From an uncultured Gammaproteobacteria bacterium (GTDB taxonomy: Bacteria > Patescibacteriota > Patescibacteriia > S139-126), in contig CAZUKA010000001.1 of the NCBI GenBank assembly GCA_964620905.1, positions 369,107-433,106 on the forward strand: DNA of 64,000 bases, in the 5' to 3' direction. Below the pieces are notes generated by a model. The model was not told the origin of the DNA. It saw only the letters and a list, made by a program, of their open reading frames with translations, and ran no database searches. The position numbers and the translations under genes are program-made. Position 1 is the first letter of the stretch. The number at the start of each line of letters is the position of its first letter. Below are positions 1 through 9,247 of this stretch, one piece after another.

Positions 1-1415
1 ACTGTTTTTTCCCCTACCTGTGGCGGCCAAGGTCCGCTGCCTTCGGGCACACCTTCATCATCGCGAAAATAAGCATAATTCAATACCTTAAGCGGGGCTA
101 TCACTTGAGCTGATACAACATTGGTAGAAAAACTTAAATCATCTTTTTTTTCTTCACCTACCCTTCCGACACTAACACGAACAAAGCTCCGGTAGCGCTC
201 GGAAAAGTCAGGAATAACTTCTTTGATATTTATGGTTAGATTTATTTTTAATTCTTCACCCCTTGCCAACTGTTGCAAAGGCTCATAAACAGCGCCAGTC
301 AAAATAACTAAACCTTCATCAGTTATTTGTGGTTCAGCCACAGTTTGTAGGGACGACCAATCTACCATTTCTTGACTAAGTTGTAACTCTAATTGCAAAT
401 CATACAAATCAACTCCGGCAGTATTTTGCATAACTATTGCATAAGTTAATTGCTGTCCGGGACTTATTTCACTGATCTCGTTTTGTCCATTAATTTGCAT
501 TTGCAAAACCATTTCCTCACCTAAAATAACAACATCATATTCGGTCTCTTGTAAAATTTTATTCTTCTCCTTACCCTGACTGATTTCTAGTTTAATATTT
601 TCTAATCCTCTAGCAGTCGAAGAAAATTTTCCTTTAAAATTAAAATTTATTTCTTGGTTATTTAAAAAATCTCTCATCGGCCACGTATAAGCTTTACCAA
701 CCGCAGTATCTTCAATACCAGATATCTCTGGCTGGGGATTGGTCATGGCAAAATTACGACTAGTTATTAATTTGACGATCAGATCAGATAATTCTTGTCC
801 ACTAGTATTTTTTACCCGCACCGACATTTCCTGTTCTACTTCTGGTAAAATTGATTCGGGTAAACCCCAATCAATAGCCAATTGAGAATTACTCAAACGA
901 ACACTATAAGTGATTGATTGCACAAAATCAGAACTAAAATTAGCCGGTTGGTAAACCGCCTCCACCAAAAAATCTTTTATTTCACTCTCAGATCCATAAA
1001 TTTGGGCAGTAATTTTTATTTCCCCTGACTGGCCTTTGGATAAATCCGTTATCTCCCAATTGGTATTCAATAAGTTATCAGCTGTTGGTTCGGTTAATTT
1101 TAATTTTAAACCTTCTGGATAACGAACAGAAATATTTATTTTTTTCAAATCAACTCGTCCAGTATTCTTATAATTGATCACCCAAGTGGCTTCTTGTCCG
1201 ATGGCTACGGTTTCTGGTCCAATTACAACCAGTTCCATATCATTGCGACCGGTGGGAGAACCAGCAAAACGCAAAGCTGAAAATAACAACACCGCTGAAG
1301 CCAACAATAATCCCCCAACTACCAACCAAAAAAACCAATGGTGATTCTCTTTACCTTTTCGCTGCTGGCGTGATGATGATAATTTTGTACTGGTGTACTT
1401 ATTTTTTGCAGGCAT
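1..1415 (-). CDS. Large surface or secreted protein, N-terminal part (partial; C-terminus lies beyond window start). It has an N-terminal signal-anchor/TM helix followed by beta-rich repeats.
   Basis: Hand translation of the minus strand from the ATG at 1415-1413 gives MPAKNKYTSTKLSSSRQQRKGKENHHWFFWLVVGGLLLASAVLL..., continuous to position 1. It is absent from the ORF track because it is truncated by the window edge. Confidence 0.5.
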   Translation of the reverse strand, partial: MPAKNKYTSTKLSSSRQQRKGKENHHWFFWLVVGGLLLASAVLLFSALRFAGSPTGRNDMELVVIGPETVAIGQEATWVINYKNTGRVDLKKINISVRYPEGLKLKLTEPTADNLLNTNWEITDLSKGQSGEIKITAQIYGSESEIKDFLVEAVYQPANFSSDFVQSITYSVRLSNSQLAIDWGLPESILPEVEQEMSVRVKNTSGQELSDLIVKLITSRNFAMTNPQPEISGIEDTAVGKAYTWPMRDFLNNQEINFNFKGKFSSTARGLENIKLEISQGKEKNKILQETEYDVVILGEEMVLQMQINGQNEISEISPGQQLTYAIVMQNTAGVDLYDLQLELQLSQEMVDWSSLQTVAEPQITDEGLVILTGAVYEPLQQLARGEELKINLTINIKEVIPDFSERYRSFVRVSVGRVGEEKKDDLSFSTNVVSAQVIAPLKVLNYAYFRDDEGVPEGSGPWPPQVGEKT

Positions 1416-1560
1416 AGTGGTGACAATATTTTCTTCACTAATTGTTTCAGCTTTTACTGATTCAGTATAAAACTGAGTGATAGCCTCTTCAATATCCAAT
1501 GATGAATCGGCTGTTTGACCTGAAGGAATGAATTTTTTTTTACGAGCGCGTTTCTTAGTT

Positions 1561-2376
1561 TTACTTAATTCGCGCCATGATTTTATTTCCATAAAGATAC
1601 AAATTTTGCCAATAAATTATACTATTTATCTCTCTTTCCATTATAAAACGAATATAAGCACGTGCCAAAACTATCAACTGTTCAAATTCTACTGAAGCCA
1701 ATTTAAATCTATACAAATCAACCAAACGTTTCCAAAAATCCTCATGAAAAATATAACGCAATATTTTTAAATTTGCTAAAGCCAACGGTATATCTCCGAC
1801 TTGAGTGAATTCTTTTTTAACCACCCCACCGTCAACTAAAGAAAAGTAATTATCAACCGCATCTAAATTTTGATTGCTACGCACACAGATGGAAACTTCA
1901 GCTCGATATCCAACCAAAGAAATAAATTGCCAGATAACCAAATAAGAAATTAGGGCATTACGACTTGAATCTTGAACGTAGTGGAGTTGTAAAAATTCAG
2001 CCCAATTAACCAACAACTCATAAACTTCATTTTCCACTGCCTCCGGTACTGTGATATAATTTACTGCTTCCAATAAAGATTGCCACAGAAGCAAAGTTTC
2101 AGCCTGACCACGTAAAGCTTTCCAACTATTGATAATTTCTCCACCGGCTATATGATTTTGCTTTCTACCCGGTGCTAACATCAATTTTACTTCATTACCA
2201 ACTTCCAAAATGCCTCGCAATTTTGCATCTAACTTACGTGCTCCCTTAGCCAGAGCAAAAAATTTACCTTTTTCTTTGCTAAAAGCAGTGATAACTAAAT
2301 CATTTTCCCCCCGCGGTTGATGTTTTAAAATAACAGCTGACAAAATAGTAGTCATGACTTTTTTATACTTAGCCAA
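1561..2376 (-). CDS. recO: DNA repair protein RecO. The start may instead be the internal ATG at 2355, which forms an ATGA overlap with the ileS stop.
   Basis: The N-terminal OB-fold region (ILSAVILKHQPRGENDLVITAFSKEKGKFFALAKGARK) matches the RecO family. Length is typical. Confidence 0.65.
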   Translation of the reverse strand: MAKYKKVMTTILSAVILKHQPRGENDLVITAFSKEKGKFFALAKGARKLDAKLRGILEVGNEVKLMLAPGRKQNHIAGGEIINSWKALRGQAETLLLWQSLLEAVNYITVPEAVENEVYELLVNWAEFLQLHYVQDSSRNALISYLVIWQFISLVGYRAEVSICVRSNQNLDAVDNYFSLVDGGVVKKEFTQVGDIPLALANLKILRYIFHEDFWKRLVDLYRFKLASVEFEQLIVLARAYIRFIMEREINSIIYWQNLYLYGNKIMARIK

Positions 2377-5330
2377 ATTTTTTCTCCAGATATTTCAAAT
2401 TCTTGACCTGCCAAATCATGTGGACGAGCAAAAACCACTTCTTTGGCTAAAACACTAGTTTTGATCATTTCTAAAAACGATTCAAATTTTTGTTGCAAAT
2501 TTTCCGAGATAACTAAATATAAAATTATCTGATCACTGATGGTGAGTCCTGATTGTTTGCGTGAATTATTGACGCTCCGAATCAGTTCGCGTACCAAACC
2601 AGCTAGAGCCAACTGTTCATCAATTTCTGTATTCAATCTAATTTCACTTGCACCCAATCTTACTTCGTTGACATTTATTTCTTGACGCAAAATATCAAGA
2701 TACTGAACCGGTAAATCTTTTTGCGTGATAAAAATCTCTGCCAACGGTTGTCTAACTTTTATTTTAGCCTGTGCCCGTAAAGCTAGGGCTTGGGTGACAA
2801 TCAATCTCACTTGCTGCATCAAATGCAAATTATTTATTTCCTCTGGCATTAATTCCCTGCTTTGTGGCCAAACTGACAGATGAACCGAAAGCGCAAAATC
2901 TTCTTGTTTACTTGGACAACTATCAATCAACTCCTGATACAACTTTTCTGCCATAAACGGAGCAAAAGGTGCGAGTAATTTAGACAGTTCCAATAACACA
3001 AATCCTAAAGTTTTCACTGCCTGTGCTTGAGATTCGCCGCCGGCTTTAAAACGATCGCGACTACGTCTCACATACCAAGTTGATAAATCATCAATGAACA
3101 ACGACAAACGTCTAGCTGCAGCAGTTATATCATATTCATCCAAAAATTTGCTAACTAACTGAACTGTTTCAATAAGATAAGACATTATCCATTGATCCAA
3201 TAGATCAGCTGACGGCTGTTGGGGTACAGTTTTTACTGCTGGCACATAAAGTTGATAAAAAGAAAATACATTCCATAAAATCAGCCAATTCTTTTTTAAA
3301 ACCTCATCCACATTTTTGGCATCAAAATTCTTTGGTTCACCCGGCTGGTTGATGGTATAAAAATGCCAACGCAAGGCATCAGCGCCAAATTTATTCATAA
3401 TTTCCCACGGATCAACAATATTGCCTTTACTTTTGGACATTTTTTTACCGTATTTATCGTTGATATGCCCCAAACAAATCACATTTTGATAAGGGCTTCC
3501 CTGATCAAGCAAAGTGGCAACTGCCAGTAAGGTATAAAACCAACCGCGCGTTTGATCAATAGCTTCACAAATAAAATCGGCCGGAAACCATTTTTTTTCA
3601 GCAATTAATTCTTTATTTTGAAAAGGATAATGAATTTGGGCAAAGGGCATTGCTCCAGAATCAAACCAACAATCAAGTACAGCTGTATCTCGCGCCATCT
3701 CGCCGCCACACTGTTCACACTTGATTTTAATTTCATCAACCAAAGGCCGGTGGGCGTCAATTAATTTTTGTCCGCTTAATTTTTCTAACTCCGCAAACGA
3801 ACCAATCACTTTGATATTTCTGCAACCTTCATGATTCTTGCCAATTTGGCATTGCCAAATTGGCAATGGTGTTCCCCAATACCGCTCTCGAGAAATTGCC
3901 CAGTCTTTCACCCCATCCAACCATTCACCGAAACGACCAGTTTTAATATGGTTAGGCACCCAATTTATGTTTTGATTGTTGCTTTTCAATTGCTCTCGCA
4001 AAGCTGACATCTTAATAAACCAGGAATCCTTAGCATAATAAAGTAGCGGTGTATCACAACGCCAACAAAAAGGATAATCGTGTTTATATGATTCTTGTTT
4101 AAACAATAATTTTTGCTCTTGTAAATAATTAATAATGACTTTTTCCGTTTCCTCATCTTTGACAAATTTATTTTGTAAAGACTCAAGAATCTGGAATCTG
4201 GAATTTGGAATCTGGAAGAAAAAATTTCCATTTTCATTTACCGTATGATGTTTTGGCAAACGCACTTGTTCACCTAAATTGTAATCATCCTCACCATACA
4301 TCACCGCGGTATGAACTACTCCCGTGCCATCATCGGTAGTTACAAAATCAGCAACATAAACTTTATATGCGTTTTGATAATTTTCTACTACATCAGGAAT
4401 CGCACCAGGAAATAATGATTCATACTCTACTCCAACTAATTCACTACCTTTAAACTCAATTAAAACTTCGTATTCAACCTGATCCAATATACCTAACCTG
4501 GCTTTGGCAATTATTAGATCCTCCTTAATTTTCAATTCGTCATTCTTAATTCTAACTTTGACATAATCAAAATCGCTCCCCACTGCCAAAGCCACATTCC
4601 CAGGCAGCGTCCAAGGCGTTGTGGTCCATGAAAGAATATATAGCGGAACATCACTATTAGCTGACCCCTTAATTCTTAATTCGTTATTCTTAATTCTAAA
4701 CTTAATATAAACTGATTCATCTTTCACCTCCCGATAGCCTTGGGCGACTTCGTGACTAGAAAGTGCAGTACCACAGCGCGGACAATGGGGCACAACTTTA
4801 TGCCCCTGATAAAGCAATCCTTTATCATAAACTTGTCTAATAATCCACCACAGTGTTTCTATATAATCATTTTCATAGGTCACATAAGGATTGTCCATAT
4901 CTAACCAAAAACCCATCCGCCACGTAAGTTTTTCCCATTCTTCTTTATACTGCCAAACTGATTGCCTACATTTACTATTGAAATATTTAATTGAATCAGC
5001 AACATTGTCCCGTAAAGATTCAATCTGAGGTTTACCGGAAATTCCCAGTTCTTTTTCCACCTGCAACTCTACTGGCAGACCGTGAGTATCCCAACCAGCT
5101 TTTCTAGTTACGTGATAACCTTGCATGGTTTTATAACGCGGGATTAAATCCTTGAAAGCCCTAGCCAGTACATGATGAATACCTGGTTTGCCATTGGCCG
5201 TTGGCGGGCCTTCATAAAACACAAACTCACCCTGGGGTGAATCTTTCTCCAGGGACTTTTTGAATATATTTTCTTTTTCCCAAAATTCTAAAACTTCTTT
5301 TTCTAATTCAGGAAAATTTATTTGAGTCAT
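2352..5330 (-). CDS. ileS: Isoleucyl-tRNA synthetase (992 aa, with extra low-complexity insertions).
   Basis: Class I aaRS motifs are present: P-T-A-N-G-K-P-G-I-H-H (HIGH region) and KMSKSKGN. The sequence is collinear with IleRS. Confidence 0.93.
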   Translation of the reverse strand: MTQINFPELEKEVLEFWEKENIFKKSLEKDSPQGEFVFYEGPPTANGKPGIHHVLARAFKDLIPRYKTMQGYHVTRKAGWDTHGLPVELQVEKELGISGKPQIESLRDNVADSIKYFNSKCRQSVWQYKEEWEKLTWRMGFWLDMDNPYVTYENDYIETLWWIIRQVYDKGLLYQGHKVVPHCPRCGTALSSHEVAQGYREVKDESVYIKFRIKNNELRIKGSANSDVPLYILSWTTTPWTLPGNVALAVGSDFDYVKVRIKNDELKIKEDLIIAKARLGILDQVEYEVLIEFKGSELVGVEYESLFPGAIPDVVENYQNAYKVYVADFVTTDDGTGVVHTAVMYGEDDYNLGEQVRLPKHHTVNENGNFFFQIPNSRFQILESLQNKFVKDEETEKVIINYLQEQKLLFKQESYKHDYPFCWRCDTPLLYYAKDSWFIKMSALREQLKSNNQNINWVPNHIKTGRFGEWLDGVKDWAISRERYWGTPLPIWQCQIGKNHEGCRNIKVIGSFAELEKLSGQKLIDAHRPLVDEIKIKCEQCGGEMARDTAVLDCWFDSGAMPFAQIHYPFQNKELIAEKKWFPADFICEAIDQTRGWFYTLLAVATLLDQGSPYQNVICLGHINDKYGKKMSKSKGNIVDPWEIMNKFGADALRWHFYTINQPGEPKNFDAKNVDEVLKKNWLILWNVFSFYQLYVPAVKTVPQQPSADLLDQWIMSYLIETVQLVSKFLDEYDITAAARRLSLFIDDLSTWYVRRSRDRFKAGGESQAQAVKTLGFVLLELSKLLAPFAPFMAEKLYQELIDSCPSKQEDFALSVHLSVWPQSRELMPEEINNLHLMQQVRLIVTQALALRAQAKIKVRQPLAEIFITQKDLPVQYLDILRQEINVNEVRLGASEIRLNTEIDEQLALAGLVRELIRSVNNSRKQSGLTISDQIILYLVISENLQQKFESFLEMIKTSVLAKEVVFARPHDLAGQEFEISGEKIWLSIKKS
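4184..4218. repeat. Heptanucleotide tandem repeat (GAATCTG x ~4.5), in frame inside ileS, encoding the FQIPNSRFQIL insert.
   Basis: caagaatctggaatctggaatttggaatctggaag is read directly from the sequence. The same 7-nt phased GAAT motif occurs at 10371-10416 and 33094-33132. Confidence 0.8.
4514..4712. repeat. Two copies (~4528-4557 and ~4676-4712) of a GAAT-phased 7-mer repeat, in frame in ileS. They encode RIKNDELKIKED and RIKNNELRIKGS.
   Basis: Coding-sense units GAATTAA GAATGAC GAATTGA AAATTAA and GAATTAA GAATAAC GAATTAA GAATTAA are seen in the sequence. Confidence 0.7.
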
Positions 5331-5419
5331 AAACCAACAAATTTAATCAGAATGTTTAAATTGTACTGAAAAAATCGATAAAAGTCAATTTTAAACCTCA
5401 ACAATATTTTTTGATTAAA

Positions 5420-5448
5420 CAAAAGTCCGCACACTTAGTGCGGACTTT
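5420..5448 (-). terminator. Rho-independent terminator hairpin downstream of the 5491-5982 gene.
   Basis: aaagtccgcac-act-tagtgcggacttt is a perfect stem, with a T-rich tract in the minus sense. Confidence 0.6.
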
Positions 5449-5490
5449 ATATCTAAATTCAAAAATCTATATTTTGGATTCTATTCTCTC

Positions 5491-5982
5491 CTACTGCTGT
5501 GATTGCTTGTAATTAGTGATGGCTTCCACCACCCGACTGTCGGCCTTCAAATCTTCAATAAACAAAACATGATAAGGATTGATACGCATCTCATCTTTTG
5601 GTCCGTGCAATTCATTGCCCAGTTTGACCAAAGACAGTTCGCTCTGTTGTTCAGCTTGAGCTTGATCGCCACTGCGTTGCAATGGTTGAGTCACTTGTAA
5701 ATAATAAATCTCTCGCAACAACACACCGCTTTTTGTTTCTTTGACGACCTTACCAAAATACACTTGACCATTGGTCAAAAATACAGCTTGCCAATTCTCA
5801 TTGGTGCTAGAAAGACCAAGCACGTTAAAACGGCTGTATTTAGAGACCACGTACAACCCCAAAACAACTACCAAAGCAATAACAATTATCACTACTACCC
5901 ATTTGGCAAAACTCCCCCCTGATTTGTTGGGCTTTTGAAAAGCCGCGCTATCTGCTGTATTTACTGGATTATTAGTTTCCAT
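5491..5982 (-). CDS. Hypothetical membrane-anchored protein (single N-terminal TM).
   Basis: ORF with a hydrophobic segment WVVVIIVIALVVVLGLYVV, followed by a terminator. Confidence 0.5.
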   Translation of the reverse strand: METNNPVNTADSAAFQKPNKSGGSFAKWVVVIIVIALVVVLGLYVVSKYSRFNVLGLSSTNENWQAVFLTNGQVYFGKVVKETKSGVLLREIYYLQVTQPLQRSGDQAQAEQQSELSLVKLGNELHGPKDEMRINPYHVLFIEDLKADSRVVEAITNYKQSQQ

Positions 5983-6069
5983 ATCTTATGTCCTTTCAAT
6001 ACTTAATTATTAAACTTAAATTATTATAACACCAAAAATAATACCTAGACAAGGGCTTTTTCCACCTGT

Positions 6070-6387
6070 TTACTGATTTAATTCAATTTCCTGCCACTCA
6101 TCATTGTTGGGTCTTTTTTCATAAAATTTGGCAAAGGATACTTTTTCCTCCTGGTCATACTGCCATTGTTCTTTTACAGTACTGCCAATACGATTGCTGT
6201 AAAAAGTTTTTTTACCCACAACTTTTGGTTTGGTGTGAAATTCTGCTCTCATTTCTTTTTCACCCAATACCCACTCTATATATTCTATATTTTCACCCGG
6301 AATATCAGTATCATACTGTCCTTGATCCTGGACAGTAAATTTATTTTTTATTTGTTCTAAAAAAGCAATCCATTTGTCTTTGGTCAT
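6070..6387 (-). CDS. Hypothetical small protein.
   Basis: ORF 3 nt downstream of argS on the same strand. No recognisable family. Confidence 0.4.
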   Translation of the reverse strand: MTKDKWIAFLEQIKNKFTVQDQGQYDTDIPGENIEYIEWVLGEKEMRAEFHTKPKVVGKKTFYSNRIGSTVKEQWQYDQEEKVSFAKFYEKRPNNDEWQEIELNQ

Positions 6388-6390
6388 ATA

Positions 6391-8142
6391 TTACATTTTA
6401 TTTACCGTTTTGATATTTAGTAAATGCAAACCAGTAGCTAAAATATTGGCAGTGGCTTGGACTAAATGCAAACGCATCAATTTAGTCTCCTGGTCAGCTT
6501 TCAAAACTGGTACTGATTGATAATAATTATTAGCAAGTCCTGACAGCTCATACAAATATTCAGTCAAATAATTAATTTGCATTTTTTCATAGGTCAGATT
6601 GACAACAATCGGCCACTGGGAAATTTTTCTGGCTAAACCCGCTTCGCTTTCACCAAGATCAATCTGATTTAATAAACTAAAACTACCGGACTTTTGTAAA
6701 ATTCGTTGCAATCTAACTAAACTATAAAGTAAATAAGGACCAGTGTTGCCTTCCAAACTTAGCGAAGCCTGGGGATCAAAAATAATATTGGAACGGTGTG
6801 AACTTTTCAAAAACCAATATTTAATAGCGGCCACAGCAATACTTTTTGCAAGTTCTAACTGTTCAGGTTGTGACAGATCAGTTTGCCTTTTTGCTACTTC
6901 TTGGCAAGCAACCGTAGTTAAGTCGTTGATCAAATCATCGGCATCAACTACTTTACCTTCTCGGGATTTCATCTTACCATCAGGCAAAAGTACTTGCCCA
7001 TAGGCAAAATGCAAACATTTTTCCACCCAACTAAAACCCAATAAAGACAAAATTTTAAATAAAACTTTAAAATGATAAAGTTGCTCATCGCCCACCACAT
7101 AAATCATTTTATCAAAATGAAAATCTCGCCACCGCTTCAGTGCTAAATAAATATCCTGAGTGATATAGACCGTGGTGCCATCGGGCCTAAGTAATACTTT
7201 TTCACCACTATCTCTACCCCCGAGTCCATAAGTGCTCAAATCAATCACCACTGTGCCATCGATTTTTTTTTGCGCTAAGCCTTGGGTGACTGCATCCTGA
7301 ATAATTTCCCTGCCCTGATCATACAATTCACTTTCATAATAAACTACGTCAAACTCTGAACCATATGTTTGGTAGGTTTCCTGCCAACCCTGATAAACCC
7401 AGTTATTAAGTTTTGACCACAAAGCCAATACTGCTTTGTCCTTTTTTTCCCACACTGACAATAAATGACTAGCCTCGTCAGCCAAAGCTGGATGGTCATT
7501 AACTGCTTCATTATATTTAACATAAAAATTACCCACCAATTTATCGCCTTTGACTTTGGCTTTTTCTGGCGTGAGGCCAGATCCCCATTTTTGGTAAGCC
7601 AATAAACTTTTCATAATATGTATGCCACGGTCATTGATCACCTCGGTTTTAATAACTCGAAAACCAAAAAATTCATAAATTTTTGCCAAACTCATGCCAA
7701 TTGCATCATTGCGCAAATGTCCCAAGTGCAAAGGTTTATTGGTGTTGGGTGAAGAGTATTCAACTACTACCACTTGTCCCTCACCAAAATTTTGCTTTCC
7801 ATAATTTTTATCACCAGCTGCCTGGCAAACCTGACGGTGCAATTCAGCTAAGGGCAAGAAAAAATTTATAAACCCTTGCCCAGCTGTTTCCACTTTGATC
7901 TGGTTTGCTTGTAACCACTGGTGATTTCTAAGTTTTTTGCTTAATTCATCAGCTACCAAATGAGGTGATTTATTTTCCTGACTAGCTAATATCAACGCTA
8001 AATTTGTACTCAAATCACCCCAAGCTGCCTGAGAAGGGATTGATAAATCAAAATCCACTCCACCAGAAAGGTCAGTAAGAGTCTGTTTAATTTGGTGATA
8101 AAAATCAATCATCTTAACTTTATAGTAATAATTTTGGGCCAA
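6391..8142 (-). CDS. argS: Arginyl-tRNA synthetase.
   Basis: SSPNTNKPLHLGHLRN (HIGH-type motif) and the ArgRS N-terminal additional domain and DALR-like C-terminus are collinear. Confidence 0.9.
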   Translation of the reverse strand: MAQNYYYKVKMIDFYHQIKQTLTDLSGGVDFDLSIPSQAAWGDLSTNLALILASQENKSPHLVADELSKKLRNHQWLQANQIKVETAGQGFINFFLPLAELHRQVCQAAGDKNYGKQNFGEGQVVVVEYSSPNTNKPLHLGHLRNDAIGMSLAKIYEFFGFRVIKTEVINDRGIHIMKSLLAYQKWGSGLTPEKAKVKGDKLVGNFYVKYNEAVNDHPALADEASHLLSVWEKKDKAVLALWSKLNNWVYQGWQETYQTYGSEFDVVYYESELYDQGREIIQDAVTQGLAQKKIDGTVVIDLSTYGLGGRDSGEKVLLRPDGTTVYITQDIYLALKRWRDFHFDKMIYVVGDEQLYHFKVLFKILSLLGFSWVEKCLHFAYGQVLLPDGKMKSREGKVVDADDLINDLTTVACQEVAKRQTDLSQPEQLELAKSIAVAAIKYWFLKSSHRSNIIFDPQASLSLEGNTGPYLLYSLVRLQRILQKSGSFSLLNQIDLGESEAGLARKISQWPIVVNLTYEKMQINYLTEYLYELSGLANNYYQSVPVLKADQETKLMRLHLVQATANILATGLHLLNIKTVNKM

Positions 8143-8193
8143 TCAAGCAAGGTAAAAGTTGTGAGTACACGATCTTTGCGATACAATAAAAAT

Positions 8194-8640
8194 ATGGAAA
8201 TACTGACCAATAAATCAGCTTTATACAACTATTTCCCTCTACAAAAAATAGAGGCGGGGTTGATTTTGACTGGACCAGAAGTAAAATCAATCAAAATGAA
8301 ACGGGTAGATTTTAAAGGCAGTTATGTGACTATTAAAGACAATCAAGCTTGGCTCGTGGGTTTGCATGTTGCTCCTTATCAACCAGCCGGTGGTGTACAA
8401 AAAAACTATGAGCCAAAAAGACAAAGAAAACTACTTATAACTAAAAAAGAAATCAATCTTATCCGCGGACAACTAACCAATAAAGGATTGACAATCGTAC
8501 CATTGCGACTATATACTACCAGGGGTTTAGTGAAATTGGAATTGGCGGTAGTGAAAGGCAAAAAACAGTACGACAAAAAAGCTTTGCTCAAAAAAAGAGA
8601 CACTGAGCGTGATGTCAGACGAACTTTGAAAGAATATTAA
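8194..8640 (+). CDS. smpB: SsrA-binding protein SmpB. The track ORF starts at 8092 inside argS; ATG 8194 (MEILTNK...) is the likely start.
   Basis: AGLILTGPEVKSIKMKRVDFKGSYV...LVGLHVAPY...QRKLLITKKEI is typical SmpB. It lies immediately upstream of tmRNA. Confidence 0.88.
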   Translation: MEILTNKSALYNYFPLQKIEAGLILTGPEVKSIKMKRVDFKGSYVTIKDNQAWLVGLHVAPYQPAGGVQKNYEPKRQRKLLITKKEINLIRGQLTNKGLTIVPLRLYTTRGLVKLELAVVKGKKQYDKKALLKKRDTERDVRRTLKEY

Positions 8641-8720
8641 AATAATTTTTAATTTTGTAATTTTTAAATAAATTCTAATTTTTAAACTAAAAATTATAAA
8701 ATTTAAAAATTAAAAATTCT
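8641..8720. repeat. AT-rich imperfect palindromic intergenic element, copy A. It lies directly upstream of ssrA.
   Basis: The left arm aatttttaattttgtaattttt and the right arm tttaaaaattaaaaatt are near reverse complements. Related copies are at 10838-10930 and 29445-29528. Confidence 0.6.
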
Positions 8721-8724
8721 ATCT

Positions 8725-9101
8725 GGGGATGCTATCTATTCGCTAAGAAAGTGGAAACGTATGTTCAAATCGAGCGGCAACTCGCAAAACTACCAAAATT
8801 ATAAGTGCCAATACACTTATGAGCAAAATTAGGAACGCTTTTGCGCTACCTAACTTTGCACCAGTTGTAGCCTAATTTAGTCTACGACCATCGCTGAAAT
8901 CTGGCTCCAAGATTTCATAAGCGGTGTCATATCTGGAGCTTGAACGTCGATAAGCTGACTGTCGCCGTTTGAAATATTGTTCAGCACCACCAAAAAGTTT
9001 TTGCCTGATTTTATCTTTTTGGTTTTCCAATCAGGCTAAGTTTGTAAATCGTGCGTTGAAACTTTTTTACCACGTGGGTGCAAAGCCCACCATCTCCACC
9101 A
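8725..9101 (+). ncRNA. ssrA: tmRNA (transfer-messenger RNA, SsrA).
   Basis: 5' GGGGAUG pairs with 3' CAUCUCC, followed by ACCA. The T-arm is GUGGG-UGCAAAG-CCCAC. An internal reading frame ends ...NFAPVVA-UAA at 8873-8875. It sits right after smpB. Confidence 0.85.
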
Positions 9102-9140
9102 AGCTTAGCTTGGTAATTGGGAAGCTTAGCTTCCCACCAT
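9102..9140 (+). terminator. Two tandem perfect hairpins after the tmRNA 3' end.
   Basis: ccaagc-tta-gcttgg and gggaagc-tta-gcttccc, followed by a ...gagttttgctc tract. Confidence 0.45.
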
Positions 9141-9247
9141 CGAGTTTTGCTCAATAATAGATACACTCAGCGTAAAAAGCTAAATTTTTGTATTCATATT
9201 TTCTATTTTATTAAATTTTTGTATAATTTAATTATTGGAGAGAGACA

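Noticed and set aside
4184-4218. Short direct repeats (GAATCTG x n; also 10371-10416, 33094-33132) considered as possible CRISPR arrays
   Set aside because: The units are 7 nt and strictly tandem with no unique spacers. One array is inside an intact essential coding sequence. This is microsatellite-like, not CRISPR.
3986-4237. 83-aa ORF on the minus strand inside ileS
   Set aside because: It is embedded in a different frame of a strongly supported 992-aa IleRS gene. It is a frame artefact of the repeat-containing region.
5503-8603. Plus- and minus-strand short ORFs antisense to real genes (5503-5700, 6166-6360, 6743-7003, 7683-7871, 8406-8603)
   Set aside because: All are antisense to, or in alternative frames of, well-supported genes (membrane protein, argS, smpB). 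They are short, AT-codon-biased and have no start signals.
8725-8880. Alternative tmRNA tag frames (e.g. one ending AKLPKL-UAA at ~8800)
   Set aside because: That frame terminates early with a non-hydrophobic C-terminus. I kept the longer frame ending ...PVVA as the working candidate, but could not fix the resume codon without a covariance model.
8969-9157. 62-aa ORF overlapping the 3' half of the tmRNA
   Set aside because: It lies within a confidently folded tmRNA (T-arm, acceptor, CCA). It has no RBS and is a spurious ORF.
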